Assembly (NCBI GenBank): GCA_903831295.1
Contig: CAIKXA010000097.1
Location: forward strand, 984 to 64,983
Direction: 5' to 3'
Source of the DNA: an uncultured bacterium
Lineage (GTDB): Bacteria; Planctomycetota; Phycisphaerae; Phycisphaerales; SM1A02
Length of the DNA stretch: 64,000 nucleotides
Part shown: in pieces, positions 53,350 to 62,205 of the stretch
How positions within the stretch are numbered: the first letter of the stretch is position 1
Layout of the letters: each line of letters begins with the position of its first letter
Translations under genes and position numbers: made by a program
Notes under the pieces: model-generated
Database searches by the model: none
Told to the model about the DNA's origin: nothing
The model's input: the letters and a program-made list of their open reading frames with translations, nothing else

Positions 53350-53694
53350 TTATTCAATTCCCAGTTGCACGCTGGCCAACGCGGTGGAAACTTCGGCGGA
53401 AGTTTCAAACACATCATCCAAACCCGCGGTCATAAAGATGCTCCACACTCGGTCGTTGATGGCGCACACAAATAGCCTGCGCTTTTGTTGCAGCACTCGC
53501 TTGCGCACGCGCAAGAGCGACGCAATGTTGCTGGAAGTGAGGCTGTTGACTTGTTGAAAATCCAGAATCACATGTTTCGCCGGCGCGCCTGGGCCATCGA
53601 TGGCAAGTATCAGTTGTTGCAAATCTTCCGAGAGCAAAGGTTCGGGAAAGAGATCAACCAACAACACTTCTTCAGACCATTCGGTAATTGACAT
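53350..53694 (-). CDS. STAS-domain protein (anti-sigma-factor antagonist, SpoIIAA/RsbV-like)
   Basis: 114 aa. 'VILDFQQVNSLTSSNIASLL' fits the STAS Ser-loop region. C-terminal 'DDVFETS...AL' helix. Confidence 0.78.
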   Translation of the reverse strand: MSITEWSEEVLLVDLFPEPLLSEDLQQLILAIDGPGAPAKHVILDFQQVNSLTSSNIASLLRVRKRVLQQKRRLFVCAINDRVWSIFMTAGLDDVFETSAEVSTALASVQLGIE

Positions 53695-53735
53695 GGGTGA
53701 ATAGTAGCCAAGTTCGGTTTTGTTTCCGTGAGGGT

Positions 53736-56387
53736 TTAGTCGGCGGTTGGAGGGGTTTCTGGCGGGGTTTCTGGAAGGATTTCAAAAGTCCCCTCAGTTG
53801 GTGGCAGTTCGCCTTGTGGAGTTGTCTCGTCCACTTCAGCAACCAATGCCACTCCCATGAGAGAATCGCCTTCACCTAGGCGCATAATGCGCACTCCCAT
53901 GGTGTTTCGACCAATTTGACTGATAGCCGTGGCTGGAATGCGGACCACCATGCCCTCTTTGGAAAGCAGCATGAGTTGATCGGCAGTGGTGACCGCTCGG
54001 ACAGAAACCACAAGGCCGTTGCGGCCCTCGGTCTTGATGTCGTAACGACCCTTGCCACCGCGATTTTGACAACGCATGGAGCCATCATCTTGTTGCACCA
54101 TGTATTCGGTGAGCGCGGTGCGCTTGCCGAAGCCGTTCACGGTGGCGGTGAGCAGATCAGTGTCGGGATCGCAGCGGACCGCGCCCACGATGTAGTCGTC
54201 CTCGCGCAAGTTCATTCCAGTCACGCCCGCGGTGGCTCGGCCCATCACCCGTGCGTCGTTCTCATCAAAGCGAATGGCGAGTCCTTGCGCCGTGGCCAGC
54301 AGCACATCATTTTTGCCGGTGGTTAAAAGCACATTCACCAAGTGATCGTTGTCGTTCAATTTCAGCGCGATGATTCCGCTTTTGTTCACGTTGCGGAATT
54401 CTTGCAGCGCGGTGCGCTTCACGCGACCCTCGCGCGTGACGAAGAAGAGAAAATCCTCGCGGGTTTCAAAATTGGAAACCGACAAGAATGTCTGCACGGT
54501 TTCGCCGTCGCGCAACTCGATCAAATTCTGAATGGCGCGGCCTTTGGAGGTGCGTGACATTTCTGGAATTTGCCATGTTTTCATGCGGAAAACACGACCA
54601 GTTGTGGTGAAACACAAAAGATCGTCGTGGCTGGAGCCGGTGAATATTTGCTCAATGAAGTCGCCATCTTTGGCGTCGCTTCCGCGCACGCCAACACCGC
54701 CGCGGCCTTGTGTTCTGTAGGCGTCGGCGGGCAATCGCTTCACCCAACCCGCGTGCGAAATGGTGACCACCACTTCGTGCTCTGGGATCAGGTCGGCCAT
54801 TTCAAAGTCCTCGGCTTCGCCTTGTTCAATCGCGGTACGGCGCTCGTCGCCAAACTTCTCTTTCAGCTCAAGCACGTCTTCACGCACAATGTCAAGCACA
54901 CGTTTCTCATCCGCCAAAATAGATTCAAGTCCGTCAATGTCCTCAAGCACCTTGGTAAATTCCGCCGCAAGTTTTTCAACTTCAAGACCAACAAGTTGAA
55001 TGAGCCGCATTGCGCCAATCGCTTCGGCTTGCACGCGCGTCAGCAGCGCGCCGTCACCAATACGCGAGGCCTCGGCGACGCGCGTTGGAATAAGCGGCGC
55101 ATATCGATGGTCCGGAGTGATGCGGAACGCGTGTTGCATCAGGCTCAGAATTGCCTCTTCGCGTTCACGGCTTTCGCGGATGATTCGGATCACCTCGTCG
55201 ATATCGCACACCGCGTAGATCAAGCCCTCCAGGCGATGCGCCTGTTGCTTGGCTTGGCGCAAAAGGAAGCCAGTTCTGCGGCGAATGACTTCTTTTCGGT
55301 GGTCGATGTGGCATTGAATAATTTGGCGCACGCCAAGAGTTCGCGGTTGGTGGTTGACCAGCGCGATGTTGATAATGGAGAAGGTGCTTTGCAGTGGTGT
55401 GTATTCGTAAAGTTGCTTCTCGACGATCGCGGGGTCCGCCCCTTTTTTTAGCACCACCACAACGCGCGTTTGCGCGTCGCGACCAGAGTGATTGCGCACA
55501 TCGGCGATATCAGGAATACGACCTTCGCGGCTGGCAATGACAATCTTCTCGATCAAATTGGATTGCACAACTTGATATGGAATCTCATCGATGATGATGG
55601 CGTCGCGGCCGCCTTCCTTGGCAACATGCACGCGCCCACGCAGAGTGACTTTGCCGCGGCCAGAGGTGTAGGCCTCCACAATTCCACGGCGACCAATCAG
55701 GATTCCGCCGGTGGGAAAATCTGGCCCAGGCAAAACGCGCATGAGTTCTTCCAAACTAATGTTTGGATTGTCGATCATCTTCACAATGGCGTCGCAGGCC
55801 TCGCTGAGATTGTGTGGCGGCATGCTGCTGGCCATGCCCACGGCGATGCCCGAACTACCATTGACAAGCAAGTTTGGAAATCGCGCTGGTAGAACGGTTG
55901 GCTCTTGCAAGCGTTCGTCGTAATTCGCCTTGAAATCAACTGTTTCCTTGTCCAAATCTTCCAACATCGCGGTTGCCGGCGCGGTCATGCGCGCTTCGGT
56001 GTAACGCATGGCGGCTGGCGGATCGCCCTCGATGGATCCAAAGTTTCCCTGCTTGTCAATCAACAAGTAGCGCGTCTTCCACACTTGCCCCAAATTCACA
56101 AGCGTTGGATAAATCACGCTCTCGCCGTGCGGGTGATAGTTGCCGCTGGTGTCGCCGCAAATCTTCGCGCACTTGATGTGCTTGCGCCCTGGCGTGAGAT
56201 TTAAGTCATGCATGGCCACCAAAATGCGGCGTTGACTTGGCTTCAAACCATCGCGCACATCGGGCAGCGCGCGGTCCATGATGGTGCTCATGGCGTATGT
56301 CAGATAGCTGGTGTGCAACTCCTGCTCAATGGGCATTTCAACAACGTGATCAATTGGCGCGGGTGTGGTTGGAGCAGGTTCACTCAT
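53736..56387 (-). CDS. gyrA: DNA gyrase subunit A
   Basis: 'YAMSTIMDRALPDVRDGLKPSQRRIL', 'GNYHPHGESVIY', the active-site 'RYTE' and a C-terminal beta-pinwheel with a GyrA-box-like 'QGRGGVG'. Confidence 0.97.
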   Translation of the reverse strand: MSEPAPTTPAPIDHVVEMPIEQELHTSYLTYAMSTIMDRALPDVRDGLKPSQRRILVAMHDLNLTPGRKHIKCAKICGDTSGNYHPHGESVIYPTLVNLGQVWKTRYLLIDKQGNFGSIEGDPPAAMRYTEARMTAPATAMLEDLDKETVDFKANYDERLQEPTVLPARFPNLLVNGSSGIAVGMASSMPPHNLSEACDAIVKMIDNPNISLEELMRVLPGPDFPTGGILIGRRGIVEAYTSGRGKVTLRGRVHVAKEGGRDAIIIDEIPYQVVQSNLIEKIVIASREGRIPDIADVRNHSGRDAQTRVVVVLKKGADPAIVEKQLYEYTPLQSTFSIINIALVNHQPRTLGVRQIIQCHIDHRKEVIRRRTGFLLRQAKQQAHRLEGLIYAVCDIDEVIRIIRESREREEAILSLMQHAFRITPDHRYAPLIPTRVAEASRIGDGALLTRVQAEAIGAMRLIQLVGLEVEKLAAEFTKVLEDIDGLESILADEKRVLDIVREDVLELKEKFGDERRTAIEQGEAEDFEMADLIPEHEVVVTISHAGWVKRLPADAYRTQGRGGVGVRGSDAKDGDFIEQIFTGSSHDDLLCFTTTGRVFRMKTWQIPEMSRTSKGRAIQNLIELRDGETVQTFLSVSNFETREDFLFFVTREGRVKRTALQEFRNVNKSGIIALKLNDNDHLVNVLLTTGKNDVLLATAQGLAIRFDENDARVMGRATAGVTGMNLREDDYIVGAVRCDPDTDLLTATVNGFGKRTALTEYMVQQDDGSMRCQNRGGKGRYDIKTEGRNGLVVSVRAVTTADQLMLLSKEGMVVRIPATAISQIGRNTMGVRIMRLGEGDSLMGVALVAEVDETTPQGELPPTEGTFEILPETPPETPPTAD

Positions 56388-56671
56388 GGTTGTGGCATCT
56401 TTGCAATATCAAATACGACATCGTTGACGACATCTTTTGGGGCACAGAAAGGGACAAATTCAGTCACGAATTTAGGGACGCAATTCAAGCATTTATTCTA
56501 GTCGAAATTACCCCTGCACGAGCAGGTTGGCGCCTTATTTCTTATGGAAATTTTGGCTTGAATTGCCGCGAATTCATGCTGAAAAATATCGCCCCTGATT
56601 TTGTGAATGAGTCATCATTTACAAGGTGCTTGGATTGCGGATCCTGAACAAAAAGTGAACGCGCTCAGCGC

Positions 56672-57334
56672 TTACAAGGCTTCAAGCAACATGAGCCATT
56701 CCATGTTGCCAGGCGAGCCGGCGCGTCGGGAACTTTTGCCGCCAGTGATGGGGGAAGCGGTGTCCGCAATAACTTTTGCGCCAAGGTTTTGCATGGCCTC
56801 GCGCACGCGCGCCACAACCACGGGCACATGTTCGTGCGCAAGAAAACCATTTTTCAGCCACGCTTTTTCCGCGCCATCCACTTCGTAGTGCGGCTTCACC
56901 AACGACACAATTTTTCCGTCGCCGCGCAGCCACTTCAGCGCCACTGGAACCGAAAGTTTCTGTTGCGTCCACGCTAAATCCATCACCACAATGTCCACTC
57001 CGCCTGGCACCACGTCGGCATGCAATGCGTTGGTGCGCTCGCGCACAACAACGCGCGCGTCATTGCGCAGGCGCCACGCCAACGTTCCGTAGCCCGTGTC
57101 AATGCTGATCACTTGACGCGCGCCGGCGCGCAAAAGCACATCCGTGAAACCGCCAATATTGCAGCCAAAATCAGCGCAAATTGCGTCTTTCACATGCAAC
57201 TGAAATATGTCCAGCGCGTGTTGCAATTTCAATCCCGCGCGCGATGCAAGGGTGGGTTGCGCAAGCGGGGGTGAGTTGTCTTTTTCAATCGCGTGTTCAT
57301 CCGCGCCGCGCGGGTTTTTTTCTTCGTCATGCAT
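56672..57334 (-). CDS. TlyA-like FtsJ-family rRNA 2'-O-methyltransferase, apparently lacking the N-terminal S4 domain
   Basis: 'SRAGLKLQHALDIF', and the SAM motif 'DFGCNIGGFTDVLLRAGARQV'. It is only 220 aa, with a charged N-terminus in place of S4. Confidence 0.75.
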   Translation of the reverse strand: MHDEEKNPRGADEHAIEKDNSPPLAQPTLASRAGLKLQHALDIFQLHVKDAICADFGCNIGGFTDVLLRAGARQVISIDTGYGTLAWRLRNDARVVVRERTNALHADVVPGGVDIVVMDLAWTQQKLSVPVALKWLRGDGKIVSLVKPHYEVDGAEKAWLKNGFLAHEHVPVVVARVREAMQNLGAKVIADTASPITGGKSSRRAGSPGNMEWLMLLEAL

Positions 57335-57363
57335 TGGCGCGTGCTTTCATTTACCGCAGGCGT

Positions 57364-58221
57364 TTAGGCCACGCCAACCAAAGCCACGCCAAGTCGATTG
57401 GCTGCGGCGATCACAAGGGGTTTCTCAATTAAGATCACGCGGGCCACCCCAAGAGCCAAACATGTTCCGCCCGCTTTGGCAAGACGTTCAATGGTGGCCA
57501 CGCCAATCGTCGGCACATCAGCGCGTCGATCATGGTTGCCGCTGGATGTTTTCAACAACGTCCAACCGCGCGAGCGACAAAGTGTGCTGGCGCGATCAAT
57601 CATGGCGTCGGTTCCCTCAACGGCTTCGACGGCGATGGTGTCGCGGTCGCGCACGGCAATAGCTTGTCCAACATCCAGTTCGCACACTTGTGAAATAATC
57701 GGCCAACCAAATGCAATGTCCGCTTGCTGCGCGCTGCTTGGCGTGACGGAACCCATGACGCCAAGTGTTGCGAGATGTTCTTGGATGTAGGTTGTTGAAT
57801 CCATCAAGGTAACTCCTGAGCTGGCCAATTCATCGGCAACTGCCGCAAGAACAGCCGCATTTCTGCGATCGTGACGCAGACGACGGTACCACAGTCGGGC
57901 AGCGCGCAAATCTGGAAGTTGCCTGATCAGCTTGAATGGATCATGCATGCGCTGCTTGGAAACTCCGCCCACCATAACGGCTTCATGCACGCCGGCTCGG
58001 CGAAGCAGGCGAATCCACTTTCCAATTCTCAGCCAACCAGCCTGATCAAACTCATCGCACAGCGCTGGCAACGCCGAATCAAATTGATCTCGCAAACCAA
58101 CCGCGATCACGCGCCTGCCCGCGGCCTTGGCGCCGCGCGCGACCAACAACGGCAAGTGGCCGTTGCCCGCAATCAAGCCGAGCGGCGGCAAAGATTGAAT
58201 CTCGGACGCTGATGAATTCAT
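57364..58221 (-). CDS. lpxI: UDP-2,3-diacylglucosamine hydrolase LpxI (DUF1009 family)
   Basis: 'LGLIAGNGHLPLLVARGAKAAG', 'DVGQAIAV' and 'DVPTIGVATIERLAKAGG' match my recollection of LpxI blocks. Confidence 0.75.
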   Translation of the reverse strand: MNSSASEIQSLPPLGLIAGNGHLPLLVARGAKAAGRRVIAVGLRDQFDSALPALCDEFDQAGWLRIGKWIRLLRRAGVHEAVMVGGVSKQRMHDPFKLIRQLPDLRAARLWYRRLRHDRRNAAVLAAVADELASSGVTLMDSTTYIQEHLATLGVMGSVTPSSAQQADIAFGWPIISQVCELDVGQAIAVRDRDTIAVEAVEGTDAMIDRASTLCRSRGWTLLKTSSGNHDRRADVPTIGVATIERLAKAGGTCLALGVARVILIEKPLVIAAANRLGVALVGVA

Positions 58222-58805
58222 CCGTTGCCCATGGGTAGAAATCGATTCGGATCAATTTCAAATGGCTCAGCGCTGAGCACGCCATCTAAAACATTGATGG
58301 GATCCTCGTGCACATGTAATAGATGATGCACCGCCGCCTTGATGAAACGATGTTCGATGCCGTGGTCGATCAAGCTCACCAGTGGGTTGTAGTAGCCCGC
58401 TAAATTCACAAGTCCGATTGGCTTGCGATGCTCGCCCACTTGGCGTTGCACCAGCACCTCGAAGAGTTCCTCGAATGTTCCTAGACCACCAGGCAGCGCA
58501 ATGAACGCGTCGCCACGGTGCGCCATTAATGTTTTGCGCTGAGCCATGGTGTCCACCACGATCAGTTCGTCGCACTTGTCGTAGCCTTGCTCCAAGTCCA
58601 ACAATCTTTTGGTGATCACGCCCACCACTTTTCCGCCAGCGCTCTTCATGGTTCGCGCAATTTCCCCCATTAAACCAATGCTTCCGCCGCCGTACACCAA
58701 CACCATTTTTCGCCGCGCCATCTCTTGGCCGAGCAGACGCGCGGCGTCCATAAATTTGGTGTCCAGACTTACGCTACTTGAACAATAGACGGTGATATTT
58801 CTCAT
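58218..58805 (-). CDS. LOG-family nucleotide phosphoribohydrolase (TIGR00730-type, formerly 'lysine decarboxylase-like')
   Basis: 'VYGGGSIGLMGEIA' and 'ALPGGLGTFEELFEV'. 4-nt overlap with the lpxI start. Confidence 0.87.
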   Translation of the reverse strand: MRNITVYCSSSVSLDTKFMDAARLLGQEMARRKMVLVYGGGSIGLMGEIARTMKSAGGKVVGVITKRLLDLEQGYDKCDELIVVDTMAQRKTLMAHRGDAFIALPGGLGTFEELFEVLVQRQVGEHRKPIGLVNLAGYYNPLVSLIDHGIEHRFIKAAVHHLLHVHEDPINVLDGVLSAEPFEIDPNRFLPMGNG

Positions 58806-58830
58806 GGCGATCTTTGGCTAGATTACTCAC

Positions 58831-59961
58831 ATGCAATTACTTTCGCCCACATTTTTCTTTGTCGGTTGGATGCTCTCCATTATTTTCACCGCCGTGGCAA
58901 TCGCGTTTGGCAACCGCTACAAGACGCTTGATTCCGCGGGTGCCGAGGGGCATGTGAAGGAATTGCGGCCAGTTCCTAATGTTGGTGGCGTTGCGGTGAT
59001 GAGCGCTTTCATTTTGCCGGTGGTGGCTGGGTTGATCTTTGTCAGCACTCGAAATGCGCCCAACATTGATCCCACGAAACATTATGGCTTGGATTTTTTC
59101 CAAAGCCGAATTGACCAAGGCTTTCGGCCAACAATTGCATTGCTTGCGGGCGTGGCGTGGTTGCTCTTGGCGGGCATGTGGGATGACCGCAAACCATTGC
59201 GCGCATCCACTAAACTTCTGCTGCAATTTATTCCAGCCACCGTGATTGTCTGGGGCTTTGATGTGCGGTTGCTCACGTTTCTGGATCACTTTGGATCAGA
59301 GGGGCAAGCATTGAGCGTGTTCATTGGCGTGATTTGGATTGTGGCCATGATCAACGCCATGAATTTCCTGGACAACATGGATGGATTGGCCGCGGGCGTT
59401 GCCATGATCGCGTCGTTGTTGTTCGCCATAGGGGCGTTCATAGTTCAACAGTGGTTCATCGCAGGCATGTTCTCACTTTTAGCTGGCACACTCGCAGGAT
59501 TTCTACTTTTTAATTTTGCGCCCAAGAATGGCGCCAAGATTTTTCTTGGCGATGGAGGAAGCCAACCGATCGGATTTCTATTGGCGGTGTTGGCGATGCG
59601 AACAACGTTCATTAATCCAGGCGAGCCGGGATATGCACTTGGCACGAATTGGTGGGGCATTCTCGCTCCGTTGATTATTTTGGCGATTCCGATTTACGAC
59701 ATGATCGCCACCAGCCTGATTCGCATCCGTCAAGGAAGCAGTCCGTGGGTGGGGGATCAAAGACATCTTTCGCACAGGCTTGTGCAGCGCGGGTTCAGCA
59801 AGCGCGGAGCCGTGCTGATTATTTGGGCGCTGGCGGCCATCATTGGAATGGGCGGAATTGTCATTGGAAATCTCACCCCACTTCCCGCCGTTCTGGTGGT
59901 TCTGCAAACGATCGCCGCGTTGTTGTTGCTTGGCTTCATGGAAGGAATTTTTAGTCGATGA
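58831..59961 (+). CDS. Polyprenyl-phosphate N-acetylhexosamine-1-phosphate transferase (MraY/WecA, GT4 family)
   Basis: 'DDRKPL' and 'NAMNFLDNMDGLAAG'. About 10-11 TM helices. Confidence 0.87.
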   Translation: MQLLSPTFFFVGWMLSIIFTAVAIAFGNRYKTLDSAGAEGHVKELRPVPNVGGVAVMSAFILPVVAGLIFVSTRNAPNIDPTKHYGLDFFQSRIDQGFRPTIALLAGVAWLLLAGMWDDRKPLRASTKLLLQFIPATVIVWGFDVRLLTFLDHFGSEGQALSVFIGVIWIVAMINAMNFLDNMDGLAAGVAMIASLLFAIGAFIVQQWFIAGMFSLLAGTLAGFLLFNFAPKNGAKIFLGDGGSQPIGFLLAVLAMRTTFINPGEPGYALGTNWWGILAPLIILAIPIYDMIATSLIRIRQGSSPWVGDQRHLSHRLVQRGFSKRGAVLIIWALAAIIGMGGIVIGNLTPLPAVLVVLQTIAALLLLGFMEGIFSR

Positions 59962-62183
59962 CTTTTCTTCCTCATGCGAGTCATGATGGAAGCAATCTTG
60001 CGTCTGCGAAACGTCCGACACTCGCGGTGTTCGCGGCGATACTTGGTGGCGCCATTGCTCTGCGAACATTGGTGGCGTGGGCGCCAGTGCTTCGATTTGA
60101 TGTTGATCCAGTTTTTGATCCTGCGCCATTCGCTGGTCTTGGACCCGCGGGTAGTTTGTACATCGACGCGGTGATTTCAATCAGCGCCGCGTTTATTTTT
60201 GCCGAGTGCGCGTCGCTGTGGGCATTGGTTTTGTTGCTCGTGGCGGGAGCGGCTTGCGTGTCCATTTTTCAAATACACGGCGTTGGTGCGGTGGGAACAC
60301 CTTGGCGGGGCGCTACATGGATTGCAGGATTTGTTGCGGCCGCAGCGGCGCTGTCAATGGCTCGATCACCAAAAAACACTGCAAAAATAGGCTGGAACGT
60401 GCTGGTGACCTGCTTGATTGCGGTGGCGGCAGCGTGGTGGATGCGCGGCGCGTGGCAGTGGTTTGTGGAGCAGCCAGCGGTGTTGGAATTTTTCCATTCA
60501 TCTGGACGCGACACCGCTTATTTCGCAGACCATGGTTGGGACGCCGATGGTCCGCAAGCGGCTGCCTATGCGCGGCGACTTTCGCAGCGGGAAATGACAG
60601 GTTGGTTTGGCATGGCGAATATCTTCGCGGGTCTCTTCGCATCCATCACCGTGGCGTGCGTTGCCATTGGCGCGCGCCTGGCAGGCCGCAATCGAATCAT
60701 CGCTTTCATCGCCGCGTTCTTGTGCGCGGCAATTCCGCTTGCCAATGGTTCCAAGGGCGCGATTGTCGCCATGTTGCTTGGGCTTGCGTTTCTTGTGATC
60801 ACGCGGCGGGTTCGCGTCGCGCCCAACACATTGGCGATGGGCGCAGTCGCCTTGTTGCTGCTGTGTTGTTTCGCCGGACCACTGCGCGCGCTTTTTGATT
60901 CGCAGGCATTTGGCCAAGAGCGAAGTTTGTTGTTTCGCAGCCACTATATCTCTGGCGCATGGCGCATTTTTCTAAACCAACCGTGGACGGGCAGCGGCAT
61001 CGATCAATTTCAAGACGCCTTTCTTAGGTTTCGACCAATCGACGCGGTGGACGCCGTGCAAAGCGCGCACTCGGTGTTCTTTGACTGGTTGGCGCAAATC
61101 GGAATCGCTGGAATTCCAATGATTTTGGCTGTGATTGCGCTTATTTTTACCTCGGTTCAAGCCAGCACTCAACGCAATGAAAACTCCGCCGAGGGTGAAA
61201 TTCAATTTCCGCGGCAAGTAGCAACGCTAGCGGTGATTCTGGCCGCTTCGTTGGCCATTCGCTTTGAGGCCAACTCGCTTGATCTTGTTTCGCTTCTGGC
61301 GCGCTTGATTGGCGTGGTGGCGGCAGGAATTTTTGCATGGTGGTTGTGTGCAAACATCATGCGATGGACTTGCGCTGCCCCGTCTATTTTGGCGGCGGCT
61401 GCTTTGACCCTTTGGATTGATGGACAAATTGAAATGACTTTATGGAATCCGGGATCCATGATTTGGGGCTGCGCTTTATTGGCTGCAAGCGTGCCCCGAT
61501 GCACGCCTTCGCCGCGCCGTTGGTTTGAAGGCGGCATGCAATGGTTTACCGCCGTTGCCGCGATTTTATTTTCGCTCACGTGTTTCAGGTTGGCCAACAT
61601 CGCCTCGCAAGAAGAAACGCGCGTGGAACTTGCGGCGCAAAAACTTGTTGACGCCGCCGTGTTGGCAAAGGGCGAGCCCGGAGCGCAAGCCCGAATGGAG
61701 TGCGCGCGCATCTTGCGTGAGTCAAAGAACGGCTATGCCGCGTTTGACAGTTCCAAGCTTGCCGCCGTTGATCAATTGATGCGTGCGGCGGCGCTTTGCG
61801 CGACTGCCCAGCAAGCTCAAGATGTACTGCAACAGGCGATTGTTCTCAGTCAGGAAATGGACCAAAATACCTTTGAACAAAGGCAAATTGCCTCAGTATT
61901 AAGCGAGTCCCTTGCCATGCAAACGCACGCGGAAGTTGACGCCGCCTCCGCCATGAACCGAGCGCTTGATGTCACGGAATTGGATCGGCGTTGCGCAGGA
62001 GCGTGGTTGCGCGCGGCGCGTTGGTCCGCAAAATTATCCAAACCTTGGACCGGCGAGTATGCAAGGCAAGCCATTGAATCGGATGACTCAATGCGCTTTG
62101 ATGTGCTTTTAAAATTGCGACCAGCCGATCGGCATGAGGCCGAAGAATTGGCGGCGACTTGGCCGCCTTGGCCGGGGAAATAA
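59958..62183 (+). CDS. O-antigen ligase/polymerase-like (Wzy_C) polytopic membrane protein with a C-terminal helical soluble domain
   Basis: Many TM helices. Periplasmic loop 'GSGIDQFQDAFLRFRP...AHSVFFDWLAQIGIAGI', typical of the O-antigen-ligase domain. ATGA overlap with the upstream gene. Confidence 0.72.
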   Translation: MTFLPHASHDGSNLASAKRPTLAVFAAILGGAIALRTLVAWAPVLRFDVDPVFDPAPFAGLGPAGSLYIDAVISISAAFIFAECASLWALVLLLVAGAACVSIFQIHGVGAVGTPWRGATWIAGFVAAAAALSMARSPKNTAKIGWNVLVTCLIAVAAAWWMRGAWQWFVEQPAVLEFFHSSGRDTAYFADHGWDADGPQAAAYARRLSQREMTGWFGMANIFAGLFASITVACVAIGARLAGRNRIIAFIAAFLCAAIPLANGSKGAIVAMLLGLAFLVITRRVRVAPNTLAMGAVALLLLCCFAGPLRALFDSQAFGQERSLLFRSHYISGAWRIFLNQPWTGSGIDQFQDAFLRFRPIDAVDAVQSAHSVFFDWLAQIGIAGIPMILAVIALIFTSVQASTQRNENSAEGEIQFPRQVATLAVILAASLAIRFEANSLDLVSLLARLIGVVAAGIFAWWLCANIMRWTCAAPSILAAAALTLWIDGQIEMTLWNPGSMIWGCALLAASVPRCTPSPRRWFEGGMQWFTAVAAILFSLTCFRLANIASQEETRVELAAQKLVDAAVLAKGEPGAQARMECARILRESKNGYAAFDSSKLAAVDQLMRAAALCATAQQAQDVLQQAIVLSQEMDQNTFEQRQIASVLSESLAMQTHAEVDAASAMNRALDVTELDRRCAGAWLRAARWSAKLSKPWTGEYARQAIESDDSMRFDVLLKLRPADRHEAEELAATWPPWPGK

Positions 62184-62205
62184 TTTTGCCGAAAAAAGTC
62201 ACGTT

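Noticed and set aside
54570-55451. A 293-aa plus-strand ORF, with several smaller ones, inside gyrA.
   Set aside because: It lies entirely antisense to an unambiguous gyrA, and it has no recognisable motifs.
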